A stretch of DNA of 64,000 nucleotides from positions 32,001 to 96,000 of the forward strand of contig JBDHUY010000006.1 in NCBI GenBank assembly GCA_039809385.1. The letters are read 5' to 3'. The number at the start of each line of letters is the position of its first letter. Position 1 is the stretch's first letter. The notes under the pieces are model-generated. The model saw only the letters and a program-made list of their open reading frames with translations, searched no databases and was not told the DNA's origin. Source of the stretch: Candidatus Altimarinota bacterium. Its GTDB lineage: Bacteria; Patescibacteriota; Gracilibacteria; JBDHUY01. This document shows, piece after piece, positions 37,968 to 47,437 of this stretch. A program made the position numbers and the translations under genes.

Positions 37968-38600
37968 TTAGATGGTCTTGCTCTTGGTAGAAGGTCTCTT
38001 TTTGGGACTACGCTCCTCGAGTCTGACCTGCAGACTGGCCAAAATACTGATACCGATCTGCATAGCCCATTCGCGTGCTTTTACATCGATATCGGCGCCG
38101 TGAGACGCGCGATTTAAGACCGATATCAAGTCATCCAAGATACCCCGTTCCTGAAAAGAGATCAGCTCGTAACGAGTGAGATAAGAAAGCAATTCCCGTA
38201 TTTTTAAATACTGAACTTGTTCTTCTCCCTGTTCGTTTTTTTGGGCTATCAGGCGCAATTTCTTTTCGATTTCAATGCGCAAGCCGGTCAATGATAGGTT
38301 CGGATCTTGATTATAGATCTGACGAAACGTATCCGAAACTTTATCCGTTTTTTTCTGCTGATGCGAATTGAGCAAACCGGCATGTCTGGCCTGTTCGGCT
38401 ACATCTTCCAGTTCTTTGAACTCAATACTGAGGTTGCCCCAGGCAAAGCTTTTGAGCAATGGATAAAACCACGGAAAGAGCGCAAACGCAAACAGAAAAA
38501 TGGTTACCACGTCGATCGGTAGTTGCGGAAAGATGATCCGCAAGACAATGAGCAGAATCGCGATCAGACTGATCAACCAGGGAAACAGGGAACGGGACAT
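37968..38600 (-). CDS. Membrane-anchored protein with a possible degenerate HEPN-like domain
   Basis: Two N-terminal TM segments; DPNLSL.GLRIEIEK.L; LNRASHG. Confidence 0.6.
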   Translation of the reverse strand: MSRSLFPWLISLIAILLIVLRIIFPQLPIDVVTIFLFAFALFPWFYPLLKSFAWGNLSIEFKELEDVAEQARHAGLLNSHQQKKTDKVSDTFRQIYNQDPNLSLTGLRIEIEKKLRLIAQKNEQGEEQVQYLKIRELLSYLTRYELISFQERGILDDLISVLNRASHGADIDVKAREWAMQIGISILASLQVRLEERSPKKRPSTKSKTI

Positions 38601-38757
38601 GTTACAATCCGTAATTAAAGATGGACGGACCGATAGAGAAACGATATGTCGTCAGCATACCATACCCGTTGGCAGGGTTCAACCAAGAAAACCAATCAAA
38701 ATAAACATATTTTCGGTCAACATAACAAGAAAAAATGCAACTATATCGCAGGAAGTC

Positions 38758-39846
38758 CTATAGTTCTGCTAAAATCTTTGCTAGGTTTTTACGTCCATTA
38801 TCAGTCAGCAACTTGGTGTAAAGTTCGCATTGTGGCCATAATTGACGAAGCGTCATAATAAGAACAGTAGCATGCTGAAGGGAACCAACGTTGAGAGCAT
38901 CAATGAGGTTCGATCGGAGGTTGGAATAAATTGTCATTTCCTGGATATCAAATTGATGGTTACGGGAAAAGTGAATCCACTGCATCATGTCTTCCAAAGA
39001 AGCCTCTATATCAGGTCGTTTGAAGCTTACAGCCTTAAGGTTCGCATGTACTTTGTTGAGAAGCGCCATCTGAACAACCGTTCGAAAAGGAAATGGCGAA
39101 TCATGGCGCATAACATGCAATATATATTTCAGCGGCCCCGGAATTTTATACTCCGTTTCTGCGGAAACCAGACAGAACCAGAATTGAAGATCGTCCTTTT
39201 TCCCCAGGTTAATGAGCACATTAAGCAATGTCCCGTAATGATAGTGGACATACGCCAGGAGAAAATTCGTCAATCTTAAGGGGATGTTCCCTTCCAGTGC
39301 TTGTCGAAGTATCAAAAAAAAGTCTTCGTATTGCGGCGGATCGCTCACAAATCGATGGTGCAGCTCATTCTCAAAGAATCTGGCCTTCGCTTGGTCAGCG
39401 TAACGGGACATTCGTTGCAGAATAATATCTTGTTTGAATGCTTCAAAAAAAGAATCGATCGTGGCTGATGCAGCTTGTATAGCTTCTAGCAAGATTGAAG
39501 CATGGTGCTGTTGATTCAGCTGAAGCATGTGCAATTTGGTTGTAAGAAAATCTTCTACGTCAAACTTTACGTCGAGGCACCGGGAGTTAATGTCCACAAG
39601 GGCATGAAACTGGGCGCAGATATTTTTATAATAATCCGATAGGGCAAACGACTTTCCACCATGACTATGAAAACCTTCATGTCTTGGATTTTTGTGATAC
39701 TGATAGAAAAGTTCGATATACGAACTTAAAACCTTCAGACATTGTTCATATTCCTTGTAGATTTTTTCCCGTTCCGAATCATGCCTATTTGAGGTGACCG
39801 GCAACGTAAAATGGTCGCCTTCGAAAGGATCTGGTACATCAGCCAT
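38758..39846 (-). CDS. Hypothetical protein
   Basis: 362-aa ORF with an upstream TTGACA..TAGCAT promoter candidate. Confidence 0.65.
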   Translation of the reverse strand: MADVPDPFEGDHFTLPVTSNRHDSEREKIYKEYEQCLKVLSSYIELFYQYHKNPRHEGFHSHGGKSFALSDYYKNICAQFHALVDINSRCLDVKFDVEDFLTTKLHMLQLNQQHHASILLEAIQAASATIDSFFEAFKQDIILQRMSRYADQAKARFFENELHHRFVSDPPQYEDFFLILRQALEGNIPLRLTNFLLAYVHYHYGTLLNVLINLGKKDDLQFWFCLVSAETEYKIPGPLKYILHVMRHDSPFPFRTVVQMALLNKVHANLKAVSFKRPDIEASLEDMMQWIHFSRNHQFDIQEMTIYSNLRSNLIDALNVGSLQHATVLIMTLRQLWPQCELYTKLLTDNGRKNLAKILAEL

Positions 39847-40240
39847 GAAAAGTATGGTTTTCTTTAGAAAAAAGCGCCACTATGCTAACAGTCATTTATA
39901 AAATGTCAAACCATACTTTCGATTATTTTTCCTTACATTGTTAAAGTAAATCGGATTATAGTCTCTATCAGTGTCACGAGTCTTTGTCATTCTGAAAACT
40001 CTAAAAAAAGCGTAGAAATAACATCACAACAGATAAGATACGGTAAAGATTTACAGCGAATAATAGCCAAGTAAGCAGGAAGAGAAACAGAGAACTTTAA
40101 TTTTACACCTTCCCGGCTTGATAGTATGATCAAGCCTGGCCATACTCATGGGCCGCAGACACAAAGAACATGGCTATGCTGGCAATACAGCAGAAAAAGA
40201 GATATCAGCTCGTTTACTTCTTTCTCCAATAGAAATTCCG

Positions 40241-41716
40241 ATGAAAAAAAAAGTTGTGGTTATCGGTGCCGGATTTGGCGGACTCAGCATTGCCGCCTTA
40301 TTAGCTCAGGACGGCTATGACGTGACGGTCGTAGAGAAAAACGATCAATCCGGCGGCCGGGGGATGATGTTTAGCGACGGCGAGTTCCGTTTTGATATGG
40401 GACCATCATGGTACCTGATGCCCGAAGTATTTGAGCGTTTCTTCGCGCTTTTTGATAAAAAACCGGAAGATTATTATCGCTTACAAAGACTGGATCCCTC
40501 TTACCGTATATTCTTTGGTCCCCAGGATTGGGTAGATATTGTGGCAGACTTAGAGAAGAATCTGGAAACGTTCGAACAAATGGAGACTGGCGCGGCCCAA
40601 ACACTGAAGAAGTATTTAGAAAAGTCCAAGTACCAGTATGAAGTTTCCATGCAAGAATTTTTGTACAAAGACTACACCTCGATTCTAGATTTTTTTAACA
40701 AGCGGATGCTCATAGAAGGCAGCCGGTTGAACGTATTCGAAAACCTGGACAAGTATCTCAAACGGAACTTTAAAAACGAGCGGCTGCGTAAAATTTTGGC
40801 GTACAGTATGGTATTCCTCGGTGGCGCGCCCAACAATACACCGGCGATCTACTCACTCATGTCGCATATCGATTTTAACCTGGGCGTATGGTACCCGTTG
40901 GGCGGTATGAATGCAGTTGCGCGGGGGATCGAACGTTTAGGAACAGAGCTCGGAGTGGAATTTGTGTACAACCAGGAGGTCAAAAAAATTCTGGTCAACA
41001 GCCAAGGCCGAGCTACCGGGATTCTCACCAAGACGGGCGAACTCGCGGCCGATCTGGTGATCGGTAATGCGGATTATCACCATATCGAAACTGTACTCCT
41101 TGACCCGGAATACCAGTCGTATACGGAAGCATATTGGAAAAAAAGGACAATAGCCCCTTCGGCTTTTATTTTGTATGTAGGATTGACGAAGAGATTAAAG
41201 GGATTAATTCATCACAATCTGAGTTTCGAATATGACTGGATGAAACATTTTGATGACATTTTTAAAAATCCGGTGTGGTCCGAAAATCCCTCGTATTATA
41301 TTTGCGCTCCGGCCAAAACCGAGCCCGGCATGGCGCCGCCGGGAGGAGAAAACCTGTTTATCCTGGTTCCGCTGGCTGCCGGACTCCGTGATACCGACGA
41401 GGTGCGGGAAAGGTATACCGAAAAGATCCTGCGCCATCTGGAAGTCTTGTTAGGAGAGTCGATTATCGACGCGATAGCGGTAAAGCATATCTTCAGCCAG
41501 CGCGATTTCTTTACTACGTTCAATGCCTATAAAGGCACAGCGCTGGGGTTAAGCCATACACTTTTTCAGACAGCCTTTTTCCGCCCCCGGCATAGAAGCA
41601 AAAAAGTGAAAAATCTCTATTTTACCGGTCAGTATACGCATCCGGGCATTGGGGTTCCGATCTGTCTGATTTCATCCCAGATTGTACGAGATCTGATAAC
41701 GAATCAATCCAGATAA
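40241..41716 (+). CDS. crtI: Phytoene desaturase family (CrtI/CrtD)
   Basis: VVIGAGFGGL, FDMGPSW, YPLGGM, G.ALGL.HT..QT..FRP, LYF.G..THPGIGVP. Confidence 0.92.
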   Translation: MKKKVVVIGAGFGGLSIAALLAQDGYDVTVVEKNDQSGGRGMMFSDGEFRFDMGPSWYLMPEVFERFFALFDKKPEDYYRLQRLDPSYRIFFGPQDWVDIVADLEKNLETFEQMETGAAQTLKKYLEKSKYQYEVSMQEFLYKDYTSILDFFNKRMLIEGSRLNVFENLDKYLKRNFKNERLRKILAYSMVFLGGAPNNTPAIYSLMSHIDFNLGVWYPLGGMNAVARGIERLGTELGVEFVYNQEVKKILVNSQGRATGILTKTGELAADLVIGNADYHHIETVLLDPEYQSYTEAYWKKRTIAPSAFILYVGLTKRLKGLIHHNLSFEYDWMKHFDDIFKNPVWSENPSYYICAPAKTEPGMAPPGGENLFILVPLAAGLRDTDEVRERYTEKILRHLEVLLGESIIDAIAVKHIFSQRDFFTTFNAYKGTALGLSHTLFQTAFFRPRHRSKKVKNLYFTGQYTHPGIGVPICLISSQIVRDLITNQSR

Positions 41717-41848
41717 TCAATGCGCCTAAAGATATTCTTTTTATTGAGGATACGTATTGACTGTACAAGATTAAGGAAAGTGTTCAGGTGGGATCTGGCG
41801 TATTTCAGTCGGTGGAAAAAAAGCATCTGATAAAGAAAGCGTCTCTTT

Positions 41849-42391
41849 CTACACAACGGGTGAATTTTTTATCCAGCCTATCGGATGTACACTATTTTTC
41901 ATAGCTCCATCTGGAGCGCGTAGGGAGAACTTCGCGTCAATCGTGATTCCGACTACGGTGTGTGGAGTAGCTGCTTGGGAAGTACAAACTATGTCGCCGA
42001 TCTTTATTCCCTGTTCTTCGATATAGCGAAAGTTGGAATACGGGCTACTGGAACTAATACGATTCGAAGACGAAGTAAATGCCTGGAACGATATTGGTTC
42101 TTTCGTTATTTCACGCATTAAAGAGCAATATCGGGCATAGCATAGTTCCTGAGATTTACGTCTCATCCAATCCTCCACCACCAGAGATGCGGCACGTTCC
42201 TCGCTGGCATTTTGTGGATCGTTAGACATTAGTTTATTGAGTCGATCGCGTGCAGCCGTAACCAGGCCAGCTACCTCGGCAGAAAACTGAGCATAAAAAT
42301 CCTGGGCTTTCTTTTGCATCACCTGGATGACTAACGCATGCATTCTATCTTGAGCTCTATCTTCAGGAGAATCTGGAACGCCATTGGTCAT
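41849..42391 (-). CDS. Hypothetical protein, antisense within the crt cluster
   Basis: ORF from MTNGVPD. Confidence 0.55.
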   Translation of the reverse strand: MTNGVPDSPEDRAQDRMHALVIQVMQKKAQDFYAQFSAEVAGLVTAARDRLNKLMSNDPQNASEERAASLVVEDWMRRKSQELCYARYCSLMREITKEPISFQAFTSSSNRISSSSPYSNFRYIEEQGIKIGDIVCTSQAATPHTVVGITIDAKFSLRAPDGAMKNSVHPIGWIKNSPVV

Positions 42392-42502
42392 AAAAAAAGT
42401 ATCGTAAACGTTATAAAAAGTACCACTGGTAAAAAACATTTCACAGAGCTGTCATATTGATTAGAATAAGCATACTTCTTTGTATTCTCGTAACAAATCA
42501 GT

Positions 42503-43339
42503 GTGATTACAGAAACAAATTCACAAGCATCTATTTTTAAAAGAGGCAGCACTACATTTTTCACCAGCAGTTTATTTTTTCCGAAAAAGGCACGCGAACA
42601 AGTAACAACCCTCTATGCTTTTGTGCGTACGGCAGATGACTTTGTCGATTCAATTCCTCAAGCAAAACAGAATTTCCTGAATTTTAAGCGGCAGTATTAT
42701 ACTACAATAAAAAAAGGCGGCAAGTGTAATTTTTCAGTTATTTCGAACTTTATCGTTTTACAGCAAACAGCACAATTCTCCCAGGAATGGGTTGACGCCT
42801 TTTTACACTCCATGGAAATGGACTTGCACAAAAAGAGCTATCAAGATTTTGTAGAACTGGACGAATATTTATACGGATCCTCCGAAGTGATCGGACTGAT
42901 GATGGCAAAAATCATGCAGTTGCCCAACGAAAGTCTGCCCTACGCCAGACAGCTCGGTAAAGCGTTCCAATATATCAATTTTATCAGAGATATTGCCGAA
43001 GACTGGGACTTGGGAAGAACCTACATTCCTCAATCCGAATTAGCTAGATACAATCTTAAGACAATAGATCCGTCGGTAGCCAAGGCTGAACCCGAAAAAT
43101 TCGCGTACCTTCTACGTAGACAACTTGATATTTTCGAACAATGGTTGAAAGAAGCAGAAAAAGGTTTTCATTTCTTACCCCGACACGCTAGAATTCCAAT
43201 AAAAACAGCCACTGCCATGTACCGGTATACCGCTAAAAAAATTATGCAGAACCCCTTGATCGTACTGCGGAACAAAGTAAAACCGCATAAACTCAGGATT
43301 CTCGCGCAAGCGATCTCTTATTTTTTGACCGAACGATAA
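42503..43339 (+). CDS. crtB: Phytoene synthase
   Basis: STTFF.SS.FF, LYAFVRTADDFVD, M.MDL, GKAFQYINFIRDIAED...GRTYIP. Confidence 0.93.
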   Translation: MITETNSQASIFKRGSTTFFTSSLFFPKKAREQVTTLYAFVRTADDFVDSIPQAKQNFLNFKRQYYTTIKKGGKCNFSVISNFIVLQQTAQFSQEWVDAFLHSMEMDLHKKSYQDFVELDEYLYGSSEVIGLMMAKIMQLPNESLPYARQLGKAFQYINFIRDIAEDWDLGRTYIPQSELARYNLKTIDPSVAKAEPEKFAYLLRRQLDIFEQWLKEAEKGFHFLPRHARIPIKTATAMYRYTAKKIMQNPLIVLRNKVKPHKLRILAQAISYFLTER

Positions 43340-43346
43340 TTTCTCC

Positions 43347-44405
43347 ATGCAACGCTATCTGTCAACCAGAAGAGCAAAGATTCAACGCGCCATCCAGTAT
43401 TTTCTCGGAAAAGAAAGACAACGATACGTGTCAGTAAATCAATGGAGCAACGATGTATTCGACCGTCTCCTTGATTTTTGCCAGAAAGGCAAAATGCTAC
43501 GTGGCATTATGGTCGTTTTTGCCTATGAAGCCTGCGGGGGCAAGAATATGAGAATAGCTTACCAACTAGCTGCAGTTATGGAATTCCTCCATGCCACTCT
43601 CCTGATTCACGACGATATCATGGATCGCGACATACTGCGCCGCGGAACATACTCGATTCAAGGACAATACAACCGCTACGCTACACAAAAAGGCTACCAG
43701 GACGCCGAACATTTCGGACATAGTATGGCAATCAACGTAGGAGACATTGGATTTTTTTTGGCGCTGAAGCTACTTCGGCAAACGATCAATGGGCACAAAC
43801 ACGAAAAAAACATGACAGAATTAGTCTATCAAGAACTTATTTCCGTGGGTCTGGCCCAGATGGAAGACATGGCTCTGGGTTTTGAGCAAGAAATCCCCGA
43901 TCAGGGCCGGGTAAGTCAAATGTACTACCATAAAACAGCTCGTTATAGCTTCATACTGCCTCTGCTGATCGGCACAATCCTTGCAGGTGGATCGCGCGTA
44001 TTGCAACAACAATTTACAACAATGGGCGAATCACTGGGAATTTTATACCAGATCAAAGACGACGAATTGGGGTTGTTTGGCAATGCGGCAGAGGTGGGCA
44101 AAACCTCAGGGCTCGATATCATCGAAGGGAAAAAGACGATGGCCCTTTTGGCCCTATTTCAGGCATGCAACTTTACGGAACGGAAAAAACTGAAAACCAT
44201 TCTGGGCATCCGGCAGACGAATACCGCCATGGTGCACTGGGTCATACGCTTAATGGAAAAATATCAGATCTCGGACGAACTGCATGCAAAAGAGGAGATA
44301 ATAGGAGAAAAAGTGCGAAAGATTATAAAGCGCCTCAAAGTCAAAGCAGAGTACAAAGACACGCTCAATGACTTTTTGGACTATAATCTCACGCGAACCC
44401 GTTAA
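43347..44405 (+). CDS. crtE: Polyprenyl (GGPP) synthase
   Basis: GKMLR, LIHDDIMD....RRG, KTARYS, YQIKDD.LG.FG, D..EGKKT. Confidence 0.88.
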   Translation: MQRYLSTRRAKIQRAIQYFLGKERQRYVSVNQWSNDVFDRLLDFCQKGKMLRGIMVVFAYEACGGKNMRIAYQLAAVMEFLHATLLIHDDIMDRDILRRGTYSIQGQYNRYATQKGYQDAEHFGHSMAINVGDIGFFLALKLLRQTINGHKHEKNMTELVYQELISVGLAQMEDMALGFEQEIPDQGRVSQMYYHKTARYSFILPLLIGTILAGGSRVLQQQFTTMGESLGILYQIKDDELGLFGNAAEVGKTSGLDIIEGKKTMALLALFQACNFTERKKLKTILGIRQTNTAMVHWVIRLMEKYQISDELHAKEEIIGEKVRKIIKRLKVKAEYKDTLNDFLDYNLTRTR

Positions 44406-44410
44406 CCTCT

Positions 44411-45262
44411 ATGGATCTACAGGCATTGCTGAAGTCATCCCGGCCGCGTTTCTGGCTCTATCTGGCTGGACCGTACGCGCTTGGGTATGCGGCCGGAGTA
44501 ACAGACATCTATGCGCTGGGAAACTGGCATTTTTTGATCCATCTGATCTATTTTCTCGTGCCCGCCAATATCCTCCTATATGGCATTAACGATCTGTTTG
44601 ACCGGGAGACAGATCGTACGAATCGAAAAAAAGATAAAAAGGAACATCGCTTAAAGCCAACGGAAACGCGCAATCTCATACGAATCGTATTAGTCGTAGG
44701 GATCTTAAGTTTCATACTATTGAGCGCTTCGAAGAGTCTAACCGAGTTTCTATTATGGCTGTTTTTTTTGGGACTCTCGGTATTTTACAGCACCCCGCCA
44801 CTGCGTTTCAAGGCTCGTCCGGTGCTTGATTTTGTCAGCAATATTCTCTACATCGTCCCTGGCATATTGGCTTATACCCAGGTCACCGGGAAAATAGCTC
44901 CCGCCGAAATCTGGATCGCCGGGGCAGCCTGGACCGGCGCAATGCATCTGTACTCGGCGATTCCCGATATCGAGAGTGACAAAAAAGCCAAGATCTCTAC
45001 TACGGCAACTCGGTTAGGTCATTCATTATCGCTGTTGCTGTGCGTCCTGCTTTGGACAGTCAGCCTTCTTATCGCTCTTACCAAACAAGAGTTATGGCCC
45101 TGGAGCTTGATGGGCATTCTTTACCCCTTAATTCCGCTGGTATTGATCTTTCAAAAAAAAGAGATGGTGGAAAAGGTCTACTGGTATTTCCCGCTGCTCA
45201 ACGGGATCATGGGTTTTGTGCTTTTTTGGCTGTTGGTTGGGCAGAGTGTGGCAGCTTATTAG
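44411..45262 (+). CDS. UbiA-family prenyltransferase, lycopene elongase (LyeJ/CrtEb)-like
   Basis: SRPRFW.YLAGP, P.N..LYGIND.FD.ETD..N.KK, YSTPPLRFK.RP.LD, AMHL.SAIPDI..D. Confidence 0.82.
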   Translation: MDLQALLKSSRPRFWLYLAGPYALGYAAGVTDIYALGNWHFLIHLIYFLVPANILLYGINDLFDRETDRTNRKKDKKEHRLKPTETRNLIRIVLVVGILSFILLSASKSLTEFLLWLFFLGLSVFYSTPPLRFKARPVLDFVSNILYIVPGILAYTQVTGKIAPAEIWIAGAAWTGAMHLYSAIPDIESDKKAKISTTATRLGHSLSLLLCVLLWTVSLLIALTKQELWPWSLMGILYPLIPLVLIFQKKEMVEKVYWYFPLLNGIMGFVLFWLLVGQSVAAY

Positions 45263-45512
45263 ACAAGATAGACGAGAATAATTGGGCTGTGTGCGGTTTT
45301 ACAATATTTCTTATGTACGATTAAATTTCACGAACATTCCAAATCCTGAACCCCCTAGCCCCCTTATCAGGGGGAACGGAAAAAGTTCTTTCTTCAAATT
45401 ACCATACATTTGTGTATTTGTGCCCTTTAGACTCGTTTGACTATTTCGACTTTTGTACCTGTCCTAATTTTGAATTTTGCACTTTTCACTTTGCATTTAC
45501 TGACTACTCCTC

Positions 45513-46220
45513 ATGCCTCGTATCAGCATTATCATTCCAACTCTGAACGAAGAAAAGTATATTGGGAAACTATTACAATCGATTCAAGCGCAAAGTAAAC
45601 AGCCAGACGAAGTATTTGTCGTCGATGCGGGATCGCACGATAATACAAGGGATGAAATCGGACACTTTCCCGAGGTACGGTTTCTTCCGTTTCATCCGCC
45701 AGTAGGAGGACAACGTAGCGAAGGTGGGAGAAGCGCAACCGGAGACATCTTGTTCTTTCTGGATGCCGATACCGAACTAACACCGGATTTTATAGAAAGA
45801 AGTCTTCGCCACATTGAACGGCAAAAGCTGGAAATTGCCTGTCCGTATTATTGGCCACAGCGTTCAACCCCCGGGATAAAACTGGTGTTTGCTTTTTTCA
45901 ACAGTATGTTTTTTCTGTTTCAAAAAATCATCCCGAGCGGCGCAGGCCCCTGTATTATTGTCAAAAAAGAGTTGTTTGAAAAGGTAGGCGGCTTTCAGGG
46001 ACAGTTGGTTTATGACGATATCGCATTTATCCGTAGCGCTTCCAGAAAAGGCCGTTTTGGGATGGTTCACGCCACCATTTCGGTATCAGATCGGCGGTTT
46101 AAAACGTTCGGAACCTGGAGAACATTCGGTAAGTATCTTTTGCTGTCCTTCCTGTTCTCAATAGGCGCATTTCGCCTAGCCAATAGTATAAAATATCCCT
46201 TTGGCCGGCACAAATTCTAA
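45513..46220 (+). CDS. GT2 glycosyltransferase
   Basis: ISIIIPTLNEE, VDAGS.D.T, FLDAD, SDRRF. Confidence 0.88.
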   Translation: MPRISIIIPTLNEEKYIGKLLQSIQAQSKQPDEVFVVDAGSHDNTRDEIGHFPEVRFLPFHPPVGGQRSEGGRSATGDILFFLDADTELTPDFIERSLRHIERQKLEIACPYYWPQRSTPGIKLVFAFFNSMFFLFQKIIPSGAGPCIIVKKELFEKVGGFQGQLVYDDIAFIRSASRKGRFGMVHATISVSDRRFKTFGTWRTFGKYLLLSFLFSIGAFRLANSIKYPFGRHKF

Positions 46221-47302
46221 ATAATAATACCACCGCCCAAGACCTCCTCGTTCCGGTAAAAAACCGCAGACTGACCGGGAGTCAGCGCCCGAACGGGAGA
46301 ATGAAACGCGAGCCGATAGGTACCGTTTTCTTTAACAAGATCGGCTTTAAAAGGATTTTTTGTATACCGCGGTTTTACCAAAACATTGTCGATACGGTCG
46401 GGGAAAACAGGATTCAAAAAAGTGACATCTTCGAGCCGACAGGAATCAGAAAACAGATCGGCCTCGTCGCCCAGCCAGACAGTATTGTCTTTCGTGTCGA
46501 AGCCAGTGACATAGAGAGGACGGGAATAGCCTTTGATATGAATACCCCGGCGCTGACCGATGGTAAAATGAAAGAGACCATTATGGGTGCCCAAAACTTC
46601 CCCGTCTTTGGTCTTGAGCACGCCTGGCTGCTGGAGAGAAGTAGGCAAATAACGTTCCAGAAAATTATACGGCTTATCTTCGGGGTAAAAACATAAGTTT
46701 TGGCTTTCCTGATACTGGGTTCGTTTAAAACCGTCGAGACCGAACTTTTGGGCCAGATCCTTAACTTCTTCTTTAGTCAAATTCCCAAGCGGAAAAATCG
46801 TTTTGGACAATTTTTTTTGGTCAAGCGCATATAAAAAATAGGACTGATCTTTCGCCTTATCTTTGGCTTCGAATAAATGAAATATACCATTATTTTCACG
46901 AATAGAAGCATAGTGACCGGTAGCCCAGTACTGAGCACCGAATTCAGACAATTTATCGATCATGAGACCAAACTTCACATCCCGGTTGCACATAATACAC
47001 GGATTGGGCGTCCAGCCCTTTTCATAGCCATTGAGATAATAATCGACTACCTTTTCTTTAAAAGCATCGACCAGATTCAGTACGTAAAAGGGTATATCGA
47101 GCTTATCGGCAACCTGCCGGGCCCGTAATTGGGTTTCGAGGGAACAGCATTTGTTCTCCTTGGCACCGTCGTACACGACCATCGGATCGACCCAGAAACG
47201 CAAAAAAACGCCCACCACATTGTACCCCTGCTCTTTAAGTAACATGGCGGTCACGCTGGAATCGACCCCTCCCGACATACCGACAACGACTGTTTTGGGC
47301 AT
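46217..47302 (-). CDS. mnmA: tRNA 2-thiouridylase MnmA
   Basis: GMSGGVDSSV, CC, PNPC..CN, ATGHY, KDQSYFL, FTIGQRRG, TPGQSAVFY. Confidence 0.96.
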   Translation of the reverse strand: MPKTVVVGMSGGVDSSVTAMLLKEQGYNVVGVFLRFWVDPMVVYDGAKENKCCSLETQLRARQVADKLDIPFYVLNLVDAFKEKVVDYYLNGYEKGWTPNPCIMCNRDVKFGLMIDKLSEFGAQYWATGHYASIRENNGIFHLFEAKDKAKDQSYFLYALDQKKLSKTIFPLGNLTKEEVKDLAQKFGLDGFKRTQYQESQNLCFYPEDKPYNFLERYLPTSLQQPGVLKTKDGEVLGTHNGLFHFTIGQRRGIHIKGYSRPLYVTGFDTKDNTVWLGDEADLFSDSCRLEDVTFLNPVFPDRIDNVLVKPRYTKNPFKADLVKENGTYRLAFHSPVRALTPGQSAVFYRNEEVLGGGIII

Positions 47303-47437
47303 ACTGATAGCATAAAAATTGTATCATTTTCCATTGCCTCATCATACTGAAGCAGGCATCAAAAAACATGAATGCAGGGATATACTGGTCAAAAAGGCGC
47401 TTGGGCTATATATCCTATAGATTGCTCAAAGTTTTTT

